From NCBI GenBank assembly GCA_035529595.1, contig DATKWK010000017.1:186961-250960 (forward strand): a stretch of 64,000 bases of DNA, in the 5' to 3' direction. The first letter of the stretch is position 1. Every line of letters starts with the position of its first letter. The DNA comes from Candidatus Bathyarchaeia archaeon. Lineage in GTDB: Bacteria; Patescibacteriota; Microgenomatia; PFEM01; JAFGMK01. The notes beneath the pieces are model-generated. The model was not told the origin of the DNA, did not search any database, and saw only the letters and a list, made by a program, of their open reading frames with translations. The position numbers and the translations under genes are program-made. Shown here one piece after another: positions 9,426-19,847 of this stretch.

Positions 9426-11624
9426 TTGGCTTACTCAAAAATCCATAAGATTTCTGAAGAAATTAAGATCGGTGACAAAATATTAAAACTCGAGACTGGT
9501 TATCTGGCTCAACAGGCAAATGCGGCAGTTTTGGCAAGGCTGGGCGATACCATGGTTTTAGCGACGGTTGTTTCAGCTCCTTCTCAGGAAGATTTAGATT
9601 ACTTTCCTCTTGGCGTTGAGTATATCGAGAGGCTCTATGCTGGTGGAAGAATTAAGGGGTCCCGGTGGGTTAAGAGGGAGGGACGACCTTCGGATGAGGC
9701 GACTCTGACCGCTCGTTTAGTAGACCGTTCCGTTCGTCCGCTTTTCCCTAAAGGATATAGTTGCCGTGTCCAGGTGATAATAACCGTTCTTTCGGTTGAT
9801 GCGGAAACCAGTCCTGATATTCCCGCAGCTTGTGCGACTAGTGCGGCTCTGGCAATTTCCAATGTTCCTTGGGAAGGGCCAATCGGCACAATCAGACTAG
9901 GTTATGTACCTAAGAATGGGCGGGAAGACTTCATTATTAACCCCACTTATCAAGATTTGGAATATTCAGAAATAGACTTAGTCCTTTCCGGAACCAAAGA
10001 GGCCGTTATCATGATGGAAGGCAAATTTCGTGAAATTCCGGAAAAAACCCTTATTGATTCTCTTGATTTTGCTACAAAGGAAATCAGAAAACTGGTTGAA
10101 AGTATTGAAAAATTCAGAAAAAAAGCCGGCAAGAGAAAACAATCTTTTGAGCCGTTGAAAGTCAATTGGGATCTGGTTGAACAAATCGAAAAAAAAGCTG
10201 GTCATGAAATTGAAGAAAGCGTTACTAAATCAGCTTTTTGTGAAGATAATGCTGTTCCTCTTGGAGAGATAACTACAGCGCTTCTCGAAAGTTTCCCTGA
10301 GGTCGAGAAAAGTCAGATGAGGTTGGCTTTAGAAGAGGTCGTGAAAAAGCTGGTTAGGATTAAGGTTATAAAAAAAGGCAAGAGAATTGATGGCCGGGGG
10401 CCAAAAGATATCCGGCCTTTGGAGATTGAAGTCGGCGTTTTACCCCGGACTCATGGTTCGGCGATGTTTAAGCGAGGTAATACTCAGGCGTTAACCGTAG
10501 CTACCTTAGGTTCTCCTTCATTGGAGCAGTTAATAGAGGGAATGGAAGGCGAGGAAACCAAAAGGTATATCCATCATTATTACATGCCGCCTTTTTCGGT
10601 CGGGGAAACAGGCAGATTAGGTTGGCCTTCCCGGAGAGAAATTGGTCACGGATCGTTGGCAGAGCAAGCTTTAGAACCAGTAATTCCCGGAGAAGAGAAG
10701 TTCCCCTACACGATAAGAGTCGTTTCTGAAATCATGTCTTCAAACGGTTCGACTTCGATGGCTTCGGTTTGTGGATCAACTCTTTCATTGATGGACGCCG
10801 GCGTACCGATCAAGGCGCCTGTTGCCGGTATAGCCATGGGGTTAATCAGCGACGGTAAGAAGCATATTATTCTGTCTGATATTTTAGGCCAAGAAGATTT
10901 CCAGGGTGATATGGATTTTAAGATAGCGGGAACGAGAACTGGAATTACTGCGATCCAAATGGATGTTAAAAATGCAGTGATTCCGCTTAAGGTTCTCGGT
11001 GAAGCGTTCAAACAGGCAAAAGAAGGACGAATCCATATTTTAAATGAAATGATCAAAGTGATGCCAGTTTCTCGTGATCAGGTTTCAAAATTTGCGCCCA
11101 AAATTGAAGTACTTCATATTCCTGTGGAAAAGATTGGCGATATTATCGGACCGGGTGGGCGGATGATTAGGAAAATTATTAGCGAGACCGGCGCGGCAAT
11201 TGATGTCGAAGATGATGGTTCTGTTAACGTTTCTTCGCCGGATAAAAGCGCGGTTGATAAAGCGGTAGCCATAATTAACGGAATTACCCGTGAGGTTAAA
11301 GTAGATGACGAATACGAAGGAATAGTAAAAAGAATACAGCCTTTTGGAGCTTTTGTAGAAATCGTGCCAGGTAAAGAAGGCTTGGTTCATGTGTCCCAGA
11401 TGTCGATGGATTATGTTAAAGATCCCGCCGATATTGTTAAAATTGGCCAAAAAGTTAAAGTGCGCGTTCGGGAAGTCGATGAATCTAAACGAATCAATCT
11501 GACAATGTTACCTAAAGGACAGATAAAACCAATGAGGGAAAGCCGACCCCGGTCGCGGTTTGATAAACCAAGTTTTTCTTCCTCAACTGCGCGTTCACGA
11601 TTTTCACCATCATCAAGAAGGTGA
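9426..11624 (+). CDS. pnp: Polyribonucleotide nucleotidyltransferase (PNPase)
   Basis: Two RNase PH domains, [17 protein letters not shown] and S1 domains; TTG start with AGGAGG SD. Confidence 0.97.
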   Translation: MAYSKIHKISEEIKIGDKILKLETGYLAQQANAAVLARLGDTMVLATVVSAPSQEDLDYFPLGVEYIERLYAGGRIKGSRWVKREGRPSDEATLTARLVDRSVRPLFPKGYSCRVQVIITVLSVDAETSPDIPAACATSAALAISNVPWEGPIGTIRLGYVPKNGREDFIINPTYQDLEYSEIDLVLSGTKEAVIMMEGKFREIPEKTLIDSLDFATKEIRKLVESIEKFRKKAGKRKQSFEPLKVNWDLVEQIEKKAGHEIEESVTKSAFCEDNAVPLGEITTALLESFPEVEKSQMRLALEEVVKKLVRIKVIKKGKRIDGRGPKDIRPLEIEVGVLPRTHGSAMFKRGNTQALTVATLGSPSLEQLIEGMEGEETKRYIHHYYMPPFSVGETGRLGWPSRREIGHGSLAEQALEPVIPGEEKFPYTIRVVSEIMSSNGSTSMASVCGSTLSLMDAGVPIKAPVAGIAMGLISDGKKHIILSDILGQEDFQGDMDFKIAGTRTGITAIQMDVKNAVIPLKVLGEAFKQAKEGRIHILNEMIKVMPVSRDQVSKFAPKIEVLHIPVEKIGDIIGPGGRMIRKIISETGAAIDVEDDGSVNVSSPDKSAVDKAVAIINGITREVKVDDEYEGIVKRIQPFGAFVEIVPGKEGLVHVSQMSMDYVKDPADIVKIGQKVKVRVREVDESKRINLTMLPKGQIKPMRESRPRSRFDKPSFSSSTARSRFSPSSRR

Positions 11625-11663
11625 TAATTGAATTTCTCTGACTCTGTTACTCAATGTAACTAC

Positions 11664-11769
11664 TCAGATTCTTTGACACAATCCCGTCATTCCGTGCTTG
11701 ACACGGAATCTATATAGATCCTGAATCAAGTTCAGGATGACAAAGTGTGTCAGTAAATCTGAACCCTTA
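11664..11769. repeat. Palindromic REP/MITE-like element, family B (GTCATT...CAGGATGAC core)
   Basis: Outer IR TCAGATTCTTTGACACA/TGTGTCAGTAAATCTGA enclosing two hairpins; 11733-11769 matches 55288-55324 at 35/37. Confidence 0.75.
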
Positions 11770-11839
11770 CTACTCAATAAGATTCTTGTAGGAACTGTAG
11801 TCTTTGTGGTAATCTTAGGGTTAATTATTTTCTTAAGAA

Positions 11840-12931
11840 ATGATTATGGCCCAAGAGACAGAAGTCTTAGAAGAGATTGTTAAGCTGCAGGATAAGGTCA
11901 ATTCAGTCACCCTTCCCCCGGAGCTCAAGGAGAGGATACTTTTAATGGTTAAGAGATTGGGCCGGATGATTAAATATGGCGGCTATTCAACGGAATATGA
12001 ACGAACCGCTTATTATATCGAATGGATAACTTCTTTGCCTTGGGTGAAGAGAAGCGAAGACGCCCTTGATCTTACGAATGCGGAAAAGATTCTTAATAAG
12101 AACCATTATGGTTTGCAAGAAGTTAAAGACCGGATTTTGGAATACCTGGCCGTCTTAGCTCTCAGGGTTAAAAAAGGAAAAAAAATCGGTTCGGAGGCAG
12201 GCGAAGGAATCTTAAAGTTTATGAGAGCGCCGATTATTGCTTTGGTAGGTTTAGTGGGAACAGGGAAAACTACTCTTGCCTACTCAATTGCCGAAGCTAT
12301 GGGAAGAGAATTTGCCCGGGTTCCTTTCGGAGGAATGGGTAGTGCTCTTGATTTGCGGGGCCAATCGCGAGTTCATCCCGACGCTGAGGTAGGCCTTATT
12401 ATCAAGGCAATCAAACGATGTGGTAGTAAGAATCCGGTTATTCTTCTTGATGAAATTGACCGGGTGGGTGACGAGGCGAGGGCGGATATTATGGGTGTTT
12501 TGGTCGAGTTGTTGGACCCGGAGCAAAACATGGCTTTTCGCGACCACTTTATCGACTACCCTTTCGATCTTTCTGAAGTTCTTTTCATTGCTACTTGTAA
12601 TAACACCGCCAATATTGCTACGGCGGTAATGGACCGGATTGAACCAATCCGCATGCCTTCTTATACAGATCAAGAAAAAATTACCATCGGCCGGGACTTT
12701 ATTCTTCCGAAAGTCTTAAAAGAAAGCGGTCTTGAAGAAGAAAATTTGATTATTGATGAAGATGTCTGGCCCAAAATTGTGAGGCCGCTTGGTTACGATG
12801 CCGGCATCCGGACCCTTGGCCGGACAATCAACGGTGTTTGTCGTAAGATTGCCCGCACGATAGTTGAAGGTAAAGAAACTCGGTTTCACATCACTAACGA
12901 AAATGTTAAGCAATTCCTCCCCAGCTGGTAG
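11840..12931 (+). CDS. Lon-family AAA+ ATPase lacking the N-terminal and protease domains
   Basis: LPW, HYGLxEVKDRILEYLAV, Walker A GLVGTGKT, Walker B ILLDEID, LLDPEQN, DLSEVLFIAT; ends where the Lon protease domain would begin. Confidence 0.85.
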   Translation: MIMAQETEVLEEIVKLQDKVNSVTLPPELKERILLMVKRLGRMIKYGGYSTEYERTAYYIEWITSLPWVKRSEDALDLTNAEKILNKNHYGLQEVKDRILEYLAVLALRVKKGKKIGSEAGEGILKFMRAPIIALVGLVGTGKTTLAYSIAEAMGREFARVPFGGMGSALDLRGQSRVHPDAEVGLIIKAIKRCGSKNPVILLDEIDRVGDEARADIMGVLVELLDPEQNMAFRDHFIDYPFDLSEVLFIATCNNTANIATAVMDRIEPIRMPSYTDQEKITIGRDFILPKVLKESGLEEENLIIDEDVWPKIVRPLGYDAGIRTLGRTINGVCRKIARTIVEGKETRFHITNENVKQFLPSW

Positions 12932-12946
12932 AAGTCAGTATTAATC

Positions 12947-13525
12947 ATGAATCTGAAAAGAATTATTAAAGCTGTGCAACGATTCGATAAACAAGAAAGA
13001 GAGAAGGATAACTCTCCACCGTTAATTCTTCAGCAAATCCTTATTGATAAAACTAAGAAGCTTTGCCAAAAGGCGGGAGCGGATGAAAATATAGCCTTGA
13101 TTGGCGCCTATCTAATGGATATTAAAGTTGGTCAGGCTCTCAGGGAAGGTCGGATTCAGGATCATATAAATATGAGCTTACAGGCTGGGAGAGACTTCTT
13201 GGGGAAATTCAATCTGCCCGAACAGCTCGTAAAAAAGATAGAGAATATTATCGAAGCTCATCACGCGTCTGTTCCCTATGAAAGTCTTGAAGCTGAAATT
13301 GTCGCTAATGCCGATTGCTTTAAATTCCTTCACCCTCGGGGAGCAATTTTTTTCTTGACAGACTTGGGTAGAAGGAAGATGGAGTTTGATCAAGTCCTTG
13401 ATTATTTTGAAACTAAAATAGAGGAAAAAAATAAAATTATTTCTCTTGATGTTTGTAAACATGAGGCAGAAAGATATTACCGAATGCTCAAGAACCTGGT
13501 TAGTTCTTCAAGAAAACTGGTTTAG
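12947..13525 (+). CDS. HD-fold-like protein (HD replaced by MD)
   Basis: GAYLMDI, IEAHH, EIVANAD pattern typical of HD domains. Confidence 0.55.
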   Translation: MNLKRIIKAVQRFDKQEREKDNSPPLILQQILIDKTKKLCQKAGADENIALIGAYLMDIKVGQALREGRIQDHINMSLQAGRDFLGKFNLPEQLVKKIENIIEAHHASVPYESLEAEIVANADCFKFLHPRGAIFFLTDLGRRKMEFDQVLDYFETKIEEKNKIISLDVCKHEAERYYRMLKNLVSSSRKLV

Positions 13526-13576
13526 TTATGAATACTTGGGTTGTTTGTCTAACTATAATCAAACGAAAAGTAGACT

Positions 13577-14221
13577 ATGGTTGTGCGACAACAGGATAAA
13601 AAAGAAGAACTAGACAATATTGCGCAGCAGATTAATAAATGTAACCAGTGCCGTCTCTATAGGCAAGCTTTGCGTGCTGTTCCTGGGAGCGGTGATCCTG
13701 ATGCTAAAATCATATTTATTGGCGAGGGGCCGGGTTATCATGAAGACCAGCAGGGATTGCCGTTTGTTGGCGCAGCCGGTAAATTGCTTGACCGCCTATT
13801 ACAAATGATTGATCTGGCTCGAGACGCGGTTTGGATTGGCAATGTAGTTAAACATCGACCACCGGAAAACCGCGAGCCTCTCCCGGAAGAAATTGAAGCT
13901 TGTCAGCCTTTTCTGAATGAACAGATAAAGATTATTGATCCTGAAATTATTGTCACTTTAGGTCGTTTTTCCCTGGAAAAATTTTTACCCGGGGAGAAAA
14001 TTTCCCGTATTCATGGTCAAGCCAGGTATGTCGAATTTGCCGGTAAAAAGAGGATTATTATCCCTATGTATCATCCGGCGGCTGCCCTAAGAAACGGTTT
14101 AATTATGGAGCAGATCAAAAAAGATTTCAAAAAGATTCCTCAGTTTTTATCCGGTCGAGAAGATACGCCTCAGTTAGAAGAAATAAACGAGCCGGAGGAG
14201 AAACAGATGAAGTTATTTTGA
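13577..14221 (+). CDS. udg: Uracil-DNA glycosylase, family 4
   Basis: CxxCxL, GEGPG, PFVGAAG, KHRPPENR, YHPAA. Confidence 0.93.
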   Translation: MVVRQQDKKEELDNIAQQINKCNQCRLYRQALRAVPGSGDPDAKIIFIGEGPGYHEDQQGLPFVGAAGKLLDRLLQMIDLARDAVWIGNVVKHRPPENREPLPEEIEACQPFLNEQIKIIDPEIIVTLGRFSLEKFLPGEKISRIHGQARYVEFAGKKRIIIPMYHPAAALRNGLIMEQIKKDFKKIPQFLSGREDTPQLEEINEPEEKQMKLF

Positions 14222-14314
14222 GGCACGACTACTCCATTTCTTTTCAGAATTAAGCTAAAGTATTGTATAATGTTGTTAAGCTTTAACAGCTTCTAATTTA
14301 GTTAATAGTTATAG

Positions 14315-16444
14315 ATGGGAAAACGGAGAAAGAAAAAATCGTTAATTGTCTCAGGCAAGTCGAGCCGGGGACGGCGCCGTAAACCTTTCAGGCTCAAACT
14401 TAAAAGAGAGACTGTTTATACTTTTTCATCAGTAATTCTATTCGTAATTGCCGGTATCATTATTTTGTCTTTTTCCCGCCAGGGAATTCTCTTAGCTAAA
14501 CTTTTTGATTCTTTAACTAATCTCTTAGGTTGGGGGATTATTTTTGTGCCCTTCTTCTTTTTAAGTGCTGGCCTGATGCTTTCCCGCCTTAAATGGCAAG
14601 TTACCAGACCTAATGTCTTTGTTGGAACAGCACTTTTGCTATTTTCTTTCATTTCTTTAACTAAATCAGGTAGAGTCGGTTTCACTATTTGGGATCGCTT
14701 AGCTTTTCTAGTTACCGATCTTGGGGCTTTGTTGATATTCTCGGGTTTAATAACGATTAGTTTTGTCGTAACTTTTAACACCTCCCTTGAAGAAATTTTT
14801 GTATTTTTTGCTAATTTTCTTTTGACAACGAGGAAAATTTTTCGAGCAATGCAAAAAGTTAAAAAACCTAAATATATTCTTTCTAAACCAACCGCCTCAT
14901 ATGAGGATCAGAAAATCAGGATAAAAGAAGCAGGAATAGGAAAAAAAGAGGAAAAGAAAGGAGAAGCTCTAGTTTCTGAACTGGTGGCTTCATTTCCGAC
15001 TCAGGGAAAATTGTGGAAATATCCTTCACTTTCTCTTCTTGAGGATACTGTCGGTGGGAAAGCGGACCGTGGCGATATTAAACAAAATGCCGACATTATT
15101 GAAAAGACTCTTGAATCATTTGGGATTTCGGCTCGCGTGGTTGAGGTTAATCTTGGACCAGCGGTTACTCAGTATGCTCTGGAGATTGCTTTAGGGACAA
15201 AGCTATCGAAAATTACTTCACTGGCTAATGACTTAGCTTTGGCTTTGGCCGCATCAACTGGTCAAATAAGAATCGAAGCTCCCATCCCCGGCCGTTCCTT
15301 GGTAGGTGTTGAGGTACCAAATCATGTTCCCGAATTCGTCTCCTTGAAAAAGATGCTGATATCCAATGAGATGAAGTCAGCTAAATCGAAACTAACAGTC
15401 GGCTTGGGCCTTGATGTTTCCGGCAAGCCGAAGGTTGCCGATATCGGCCGAATGCCTCATGTTTTGATTGCCGGAGCTACCGGCAGCGGTAAGTCGGTTT
15501 GCATCAACTCTTTCATTACCGGAATCCTTTTCCGGGCTTCTCCTGATGAAGTTAAGTTTATTCTTGTTGATCCGAAACGGGTAGAACTTACCCAATATAA
15601 TGGGATTCCTCACCTTTTGACACCGGTGATTTTTGAGCCTGATAAGGTGCTTTCTGCTTTAAAGTGGGCGATTAGTGAAATGGATCGGCGTTACAAGCTT
15701 TTCGCCGAAGTCGGCGTTAGAAACGTTGATAGCTACAATGAACTTTCCGGCCTGACGATTCTTCCCTATATTATTATTTTCATTGATGAATTGGCTGATA
15801 TTATGTTGTTTGCTCCGGCGGAAGTTGAAGATACGATTTGTCGGATTGCCCAAATGGCACGGGCTACCGGAATTCATCTGGTAATTTCTACTCAAAGGCC
15901 ATCAGTGGACGTAATTACCGGTCTGATTAAGGCCAATATCCCCTGCCGGGTTGCCTTTAATGTTTCTTCACAAGTTGATTCGCGGGTGATTATCGATACC
16001 CCGGGAGCGGAAAAGCTTTTAGGTAAGGGTGACATGCTTTATATCCCTCCCGATCAGGCAAAACCTTCAAGGATCCAGGGAACGTTTGTGTCTGATACTG
16101 AGATCCAGAGACTGATCGGCTTTTTAAGAGAATCCGGCGTTGCTCCTGTTTATACCGAAGAGGTGACTCGTATTCAATCTCTTAAGAGTGGTATAGGTGC
16201 GGATTTTGATCAAGAAGAAAAAGACGATCTGTTTGAAGAAGCAGTCAGAGTAGTTTGTCGTTTTGAAAGAGCTTCTGCCTCGTTACTACAGCGTCGTTTA
16301 AAGGTTGGTTACGCCAGGGCTGCCCGGATTTTAGACCAACTTGAAAAAGCCGGCATCATTGGTCCGGGCGAAGGGGCTAAACCGAGGGATATTTTGGTCC
16401 GCAGTCCCGAAGAATATTTATCTTCCCAAGAGGGCGAATCATAA
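14315..16444 (+). CDS. ftsK: DNA translocase FtsK/SpoIIIE
   Basis: 4 N-terminal TM segments, PHVLIAGATGSGKS, IDELAD, STQRPSVDV, gamma domain ASASLLQRRLKVGYARA. Confidence 0.96.
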   Translation: MGKRRKKKSLIVSGKSSRGRRRKPFRLKLKRETVYTFSSVILFVIAGIIILSFSRQGILLAKLFDSLTNLLGWGIIFVPFFFLSAGLMLSRLKWQVTRPNVFVGTALLLFSFISLTKSGRVGFTIWDRLAFLVTDLGALLIFSGLITISFVVTFNTSLEEIFVFFANFLLTTRKIFRAMQKVKKPKYILSKPTASYEDQKIRIKEAGIGKKEEKKGEALVSELVASFPTQGKLWKYPSLSLLEDTVGGKADRGDIKQNADIIEKTLESFGISARVVEVNLGPAVTQYALEIALGTKLSKITSLANDLALALAASTGQIRIEAPIPGRSLVGVEVPNHVPEFVSLKKMLISNEMKSAKSKLTVGLGLDVSGKPKVADIGRMPHVLIAGATGSGKSVCINSFITGILFRASPDEVKFILVDPKRVELTQYNGIPHLLTPVIFEPDKVLSALKWAISEMDRRYKLFAEVGVRNVDSYNELSGLTILPYIIIFIDELADIMLFAPAEVEDTICRIAQMARATGIHLVISTQRPSVDVITGLIKANIPCRVAFNVSSQVDSRVIIDTPGAEKLLGKGDMLYIPPDQAKPSRIQGTFVSDTEIQRLIGFLRESGVAPVYTEEVTRIQSLKSGIGADFDQEEKDDLFEEAVRVVCRFERASASLLQRRLKVGYARAARILDQLEKAGIIGPGEGAKPRDILVRSPEEYLSSQEGES

Positions 16445-16519
16445 ATCCAAAATCTTGTTATATTGCTCTGTTTGGTCGATGTTTTGGGAGAGCTTAATCA
16501 CTTTTATTTGACATGTTCT

Positions 16520-17170
16520 ATGAAAACTGTCGGCAGGATTCTTTTTGAGGCTAGAAAGAGAAAAGGGATTAAATTGAAGATTGTGGCTGAGGCGACCAAA
16601 ATCAGGCCGCGATTCCTGAAAGCGATAGAGACAAATGACTTTGCTAAACTCCCTTCATCTTTGGCTGCCCACGGGTTTATAAAGAATTATGCTGATTTCT
16701 TGGGAGTACCGCCCAAGTTTGCTCTTGCCGTCTTTCGTCGCGATTTTGCTTCTGATGAAAAAGGTAAAATCGTCCCTCGAGGTTTAGTTAAACCTCTGGA
16801 TAGTCCTAAATTTTTTACTTCTCCTCGGGTTGGTCTTTATTTGGTAACGGTGGTATTTATTGTAGGAATTCTTTTCTACCTGCTTTTCCAATATTCTTCT
16901 TTGATTCGCGGTCCTTTTCTTGAAGTTGACAGTCCCGAGAAGCAAGCCGAAGTCTTGACTGACCCTGTCGGAGTTGCGGGCCGAACTGAACCCGATGCAA
17001 CGGTAAAGGTTAATGGTGGATTAATTAATGTTTTTCCTGACGGTCACTTTTATACCACTGTCTCTTTACGAATCGGCAAAAATCTGATCGTTATTGAAGC
17101 GGCCAATAAGATGGGGAAAATAAAAAGAGTCGTTAGAGAGGTTTTTCAGGAGCTGCCTACTCCGAGCTGA
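16520..17170 (+). CDS. RodZ-like HTH membrane protein with C-terminal Ig-like domain
   Basis: HTH (TKIRPRFLKAIE...GFIKNYADFLG), one TM, beta-rich C-terminus; ftsK-rodZ synteny. Confidence 0.75.
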   Translation: MKTVGRILFEARKRKGIKLKIVAEATKIRPRFLKAIETNDFAKLPSSLAAHGFIKNYADFLGVPPKFALAVFRRDFASDEKGKIVPRGLVKPLDSPKFFTSPRVGLYLVTVVFIVGILFYLLFQYSSLIRGPFLEVDSPEKQAEVLTDPVGVAGRTEPDATVKVNGGLINVFPDGHFYTTVSLRIGKNLIVIEAANKMGKIKRVVREVFQELPTPS

Positions 17171-17259
17171 ACTTTTTGTTTCGGTTTATAAAATCGTGGT
17201 TGACAGTTTTTCTGCCGTATATCAAAATAGATTAAGTTTTTAACAAGGAGGAGGTGTCA

Positions 17260-17538
17260 ATGATTGACTTTACGCAAGCAATTCTCGTTATGGTGGTTAC
17301 TACGATTACCGTTCTTTTAATCGTGGTCGGGATTCAGGTTTACAATATCTTGAAAGAGTTTCAAGAGACAATCAAGAGAGCCAATAAAATTCTTGATGAT
17401 ATCGGAACAGTTTCCGAATCGATCGCCAAACCGATTTCCTCGGCCGCAGATATTTTAACCGGCGCTACCGGAATTACCGGTCTTTTAGGTTGGCTGGTGA
17501 GTCGGAAAAAGAAAGAAAAGGGGAAAAAAGATGAATGA
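17260..17538 (+). CDS. DUF948/YoxC-like small membrane protein
   Basis: N-terminal TM then amphipathic helix; GGAGGT SD before ATG 17260; paired with YtxH. Confidence 0.6.
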   Translation: MIDFTQAILVMVVTTITVLLIVVGIQVYNILKEFQETIKRANKILDDIGTVSESIAKPISSAADILTGATGITGLLGWLVSRKKKEKGKKDE

Positions 17539-17908
17539 AAAAGAACGCGGGAACGGTTTTTTTTCCAGTTTTATTTTAGGTGCTCTGGTCGGGGCTGTTC
17601 TAGTTTTTTTATTTGGCACTGATGAGGGTAAAAAAATAAAGGATCAGTTAGCTCAGAAAGGCAAGGAATTAGTTGACGATCTACCGGAAATGATTAGCGA
17701 TCTTGAGAAACAAGGCCAAGAATTTGTCGAAAATACGGGAGATGTCAGGAGGAAATTGGAAGCTAAGGCCAGAGAACTGTCGCCGAAGGTTAAAAAAGAA
17801 GTCGAAAAATCGCTTTCGAATATTGAGGAGGCCCAAGGAAAAGGCCATACAATAACGGCAGCCTTCCGTAAGCATTTCTTTACCCGGAGAGGAAAGAGAT
17901 TAGGGTGA
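17531..17908 (+). CDS. YtxH-domain protein
   Basis: FILGALVGAVLVFLFGTDEGKKIK motif followed by coiled coil. Confidence 0.75.
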   Translation: MNEKERGNGFFSSFILGALVGAVLVFLFGTDEGKKIKDQLAQKGKELVDDLPEMISDLEKQGQEFVENTGDVRRKLEAKARELSPKVKKEVEKSLSNIEEAQGKGHTITAAFRKHFFTRRGKRLG

Positions 17909-17975
17909 TATCGTTTTTGTTTGAGATAAGCGCTTCTGATTGCCAGCCTCGGAAGATTCTTCTATAATAGATACG

Positions 17976-19847
17976 ATGACTAAAGCTGGGGATTTAAGAG
18001 AAAAATACTTGTCTTTTTTTGAAAAAAGAGGCCACACGCGGATTCCTTCAAGTTCGCTAGTTCCGGAAAACGACCCGACTACCCTTTTTACCGGTTCAGG
18101 AATGCAGTCCTTGATGCCTTATCTTTTAGGTGAAAAGCATCCCTTGGGTACCCGCTTGACCAATAGTCAGCTTTGCTTTCGGGCCCAGGATATTGAAGAA
18201 GTCGGCGACAACCGGCACACGACTTTTTTCGAGATGTTAGGCAACTGGTCGCTTGGCGATTACTATAAAAAGGATCAATTAACTTGGTTTTTTGAGTTTT
18301 TAACCAAAGAAGCCGGTCTTGATTCGCAAAGGCTTTATGTATCTGTTTTTGATGGCAATTGGGAATACAAAGTTTTTTGTAACGATAAGTATCAACCGTT
18401 AGCGCCTGATTTGGAATCGATTAAAATTTGGGGCGATTTATTTGGAATAAAGAAGTATCAAACCGCTAAAAACGGTTTTGATCCGAAGGTTAAAATTTAC
18501 TGTTACGGTGTTGATAAAAATTGGTGGTCAAGGGCAGGAACGCCGTCCGAAATGCCGGCCGGAGAAATCGGCGGGCCGGATTCTGAGGTTTTTTACGACT
18601 TCGGCGCTGAACTAAAGCTACACGAGAATTCACCCTATGCCGACCAAGTTTGTCACCTTAACTGTAATTGCGGACGTTTTTTGGAAATCGGCAACTCGGT
18701 CTTCATGGAATATCGAAAGACGAGCACTGGTGTTTTAACTGGACTGCCGAAAAGAAATGTTGACTTCGGTGGCGGTTTGGAGCGGATTTTGGCGGCCGAG
18801 CATAATCAGCCGGATATTTTCAAGACCGAACTTTTCTGGCCGATGATTAGCGAAATTGTCAGAGTTTCCGGTAGGAAGTATCAAAATAACGAAGCGGCAA
18901 TGCGGGTAGTGGTTGATCATTTAAAAGCAGCCATCTTCATGGCAGAACAGAATCTTGAACCCAGTAACAAAGGTCAGGGTTATGTAATGCGTCGGTTGAT
19001 CAGAAGGTCAGTGGTTAAAATGATGACAATCGGAATCGCGCCCTTAAAAATAATTCTTCCGATGTCCAATTTAATTAAAGAGATTTATGGAGATTCATAT
19101 TTCCATAAGCAACCTCGTGAACTGCAAGTGATAATTAGTGATGAAATTGATGATTTTTTAAAAAACATTAGTAAGTGGGCTAAAGCCTTAAAAGGACCGA
19201 TTGACGGGAAAATTCTTTTCGATTTGTATCAGAGCTGTGGGGTTCCCTTAGAAATTTCTCAGGAATTACTTAAACAATGGAATCGAGAGATTCCTAAGCA
19301 GGAGATGTTGGAGTTTGAAAAATTAAAAAAAGAGCATCAAGAAAAATCTCGCACGGCTGCCGAATGTATATTTAAAGGTGGTTTAGCTGACCATTCTGAG
19401 GCAGTTACTAGGCTTCATACTGTGACTCACCTTCTTCATCAAGCATTGCGAGATGTTTTAGGTAGTCACATTAGGCAAGTAGGTAGTAATATTACCGCTC
19501 AACGGCTGAGATTTGATTTTTCACATTCGGAGAAGTTAACTGAGAAACAAATTAAAAAAGTTGAGGAGATTATTAACGAAAAGATTGATAAAAATTTACC
19601 AGTTGTGCCAAAAACAATGACCCTGAAAGAAGCCAAGAAACAAGGAGCCTTGGCTTTCTTTACCCAGAAGTACAGTGAAAAAGTGAAAGTGTATTCTATC
19701 GGTAATTACTCTTGTGAAGTTTGTGGCGGTCCGCATGTGGCGAACACAAGCGAGATTGGTCGTGTTAAAATAAGGAAACAAGAAAGTATCGGTGCCGGTC
19801 GTCGGCGCTTCTATGCAGTTATTGAGTGCCTGCCAAATGGATCCTAG
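17976..19847 (+). CDS. alaS: Alanine--tRNA ligase (no C-Ala domain)
   Basis: DPTTLFTGSGM, HTTFFEMLGNWS, VDFGGGLER, editing motifs HTVTH and CGGPH; ends after IGAGRRR. Confidence 0.95.
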   Translation: MTKAGDLREKYLSFFEKRGHTRIPSSSLVPENDPTTLFTGSGMQSLMPYLLGEKHPLGTRLTNSQLCFRAQDIEEVGDNRHTTFFEMLGNWSLGDYYKKDQLTWFFEFLTKEAGLDSQRLYVSVFDGNWEYKVFCNDKYQPLAPDLESIKIWGDLFGIKKYQTAKNGFDPKVKIYCYGVDKNWWSRAGTPSEMPAGEIGGPDSEVFYDFGAELKLHENSPYADQVCHLNCNCGRFLEIGNSVFMEYRKTSTGVLTGLPKRNVDFGGGLERILAAEHNQPDIFKTELFWPMISEIVRVSGRKYQNNEAAMRVVVDHLKAAIFMAEQNLEPSNKGQGYVMRRLIRRSVVKMMTIGIAPLKIILPMSNLIKEIYGDSYFHKQPRELQVIISDEIDDFLKNISKWAKALKGPIDGKILFDLYQSCGVPLEISQELLKQWNREIPKQEMLEFEKLKKEHQEKSRTAAECIFKGGLADHSEAVTRLHTVTHLLHQALRDVLGSHIRQVGSNITAQRLRFDFSHSEKLTEKQIKKVEEIINEKIDKNLPVVPKTMTLKEAKKQGALAFFTQKYSEKVKVYSIGNYSCEVCGGPHVANTSEIGRVKIRKQESIGAGRRRFYAVIECLPNGS

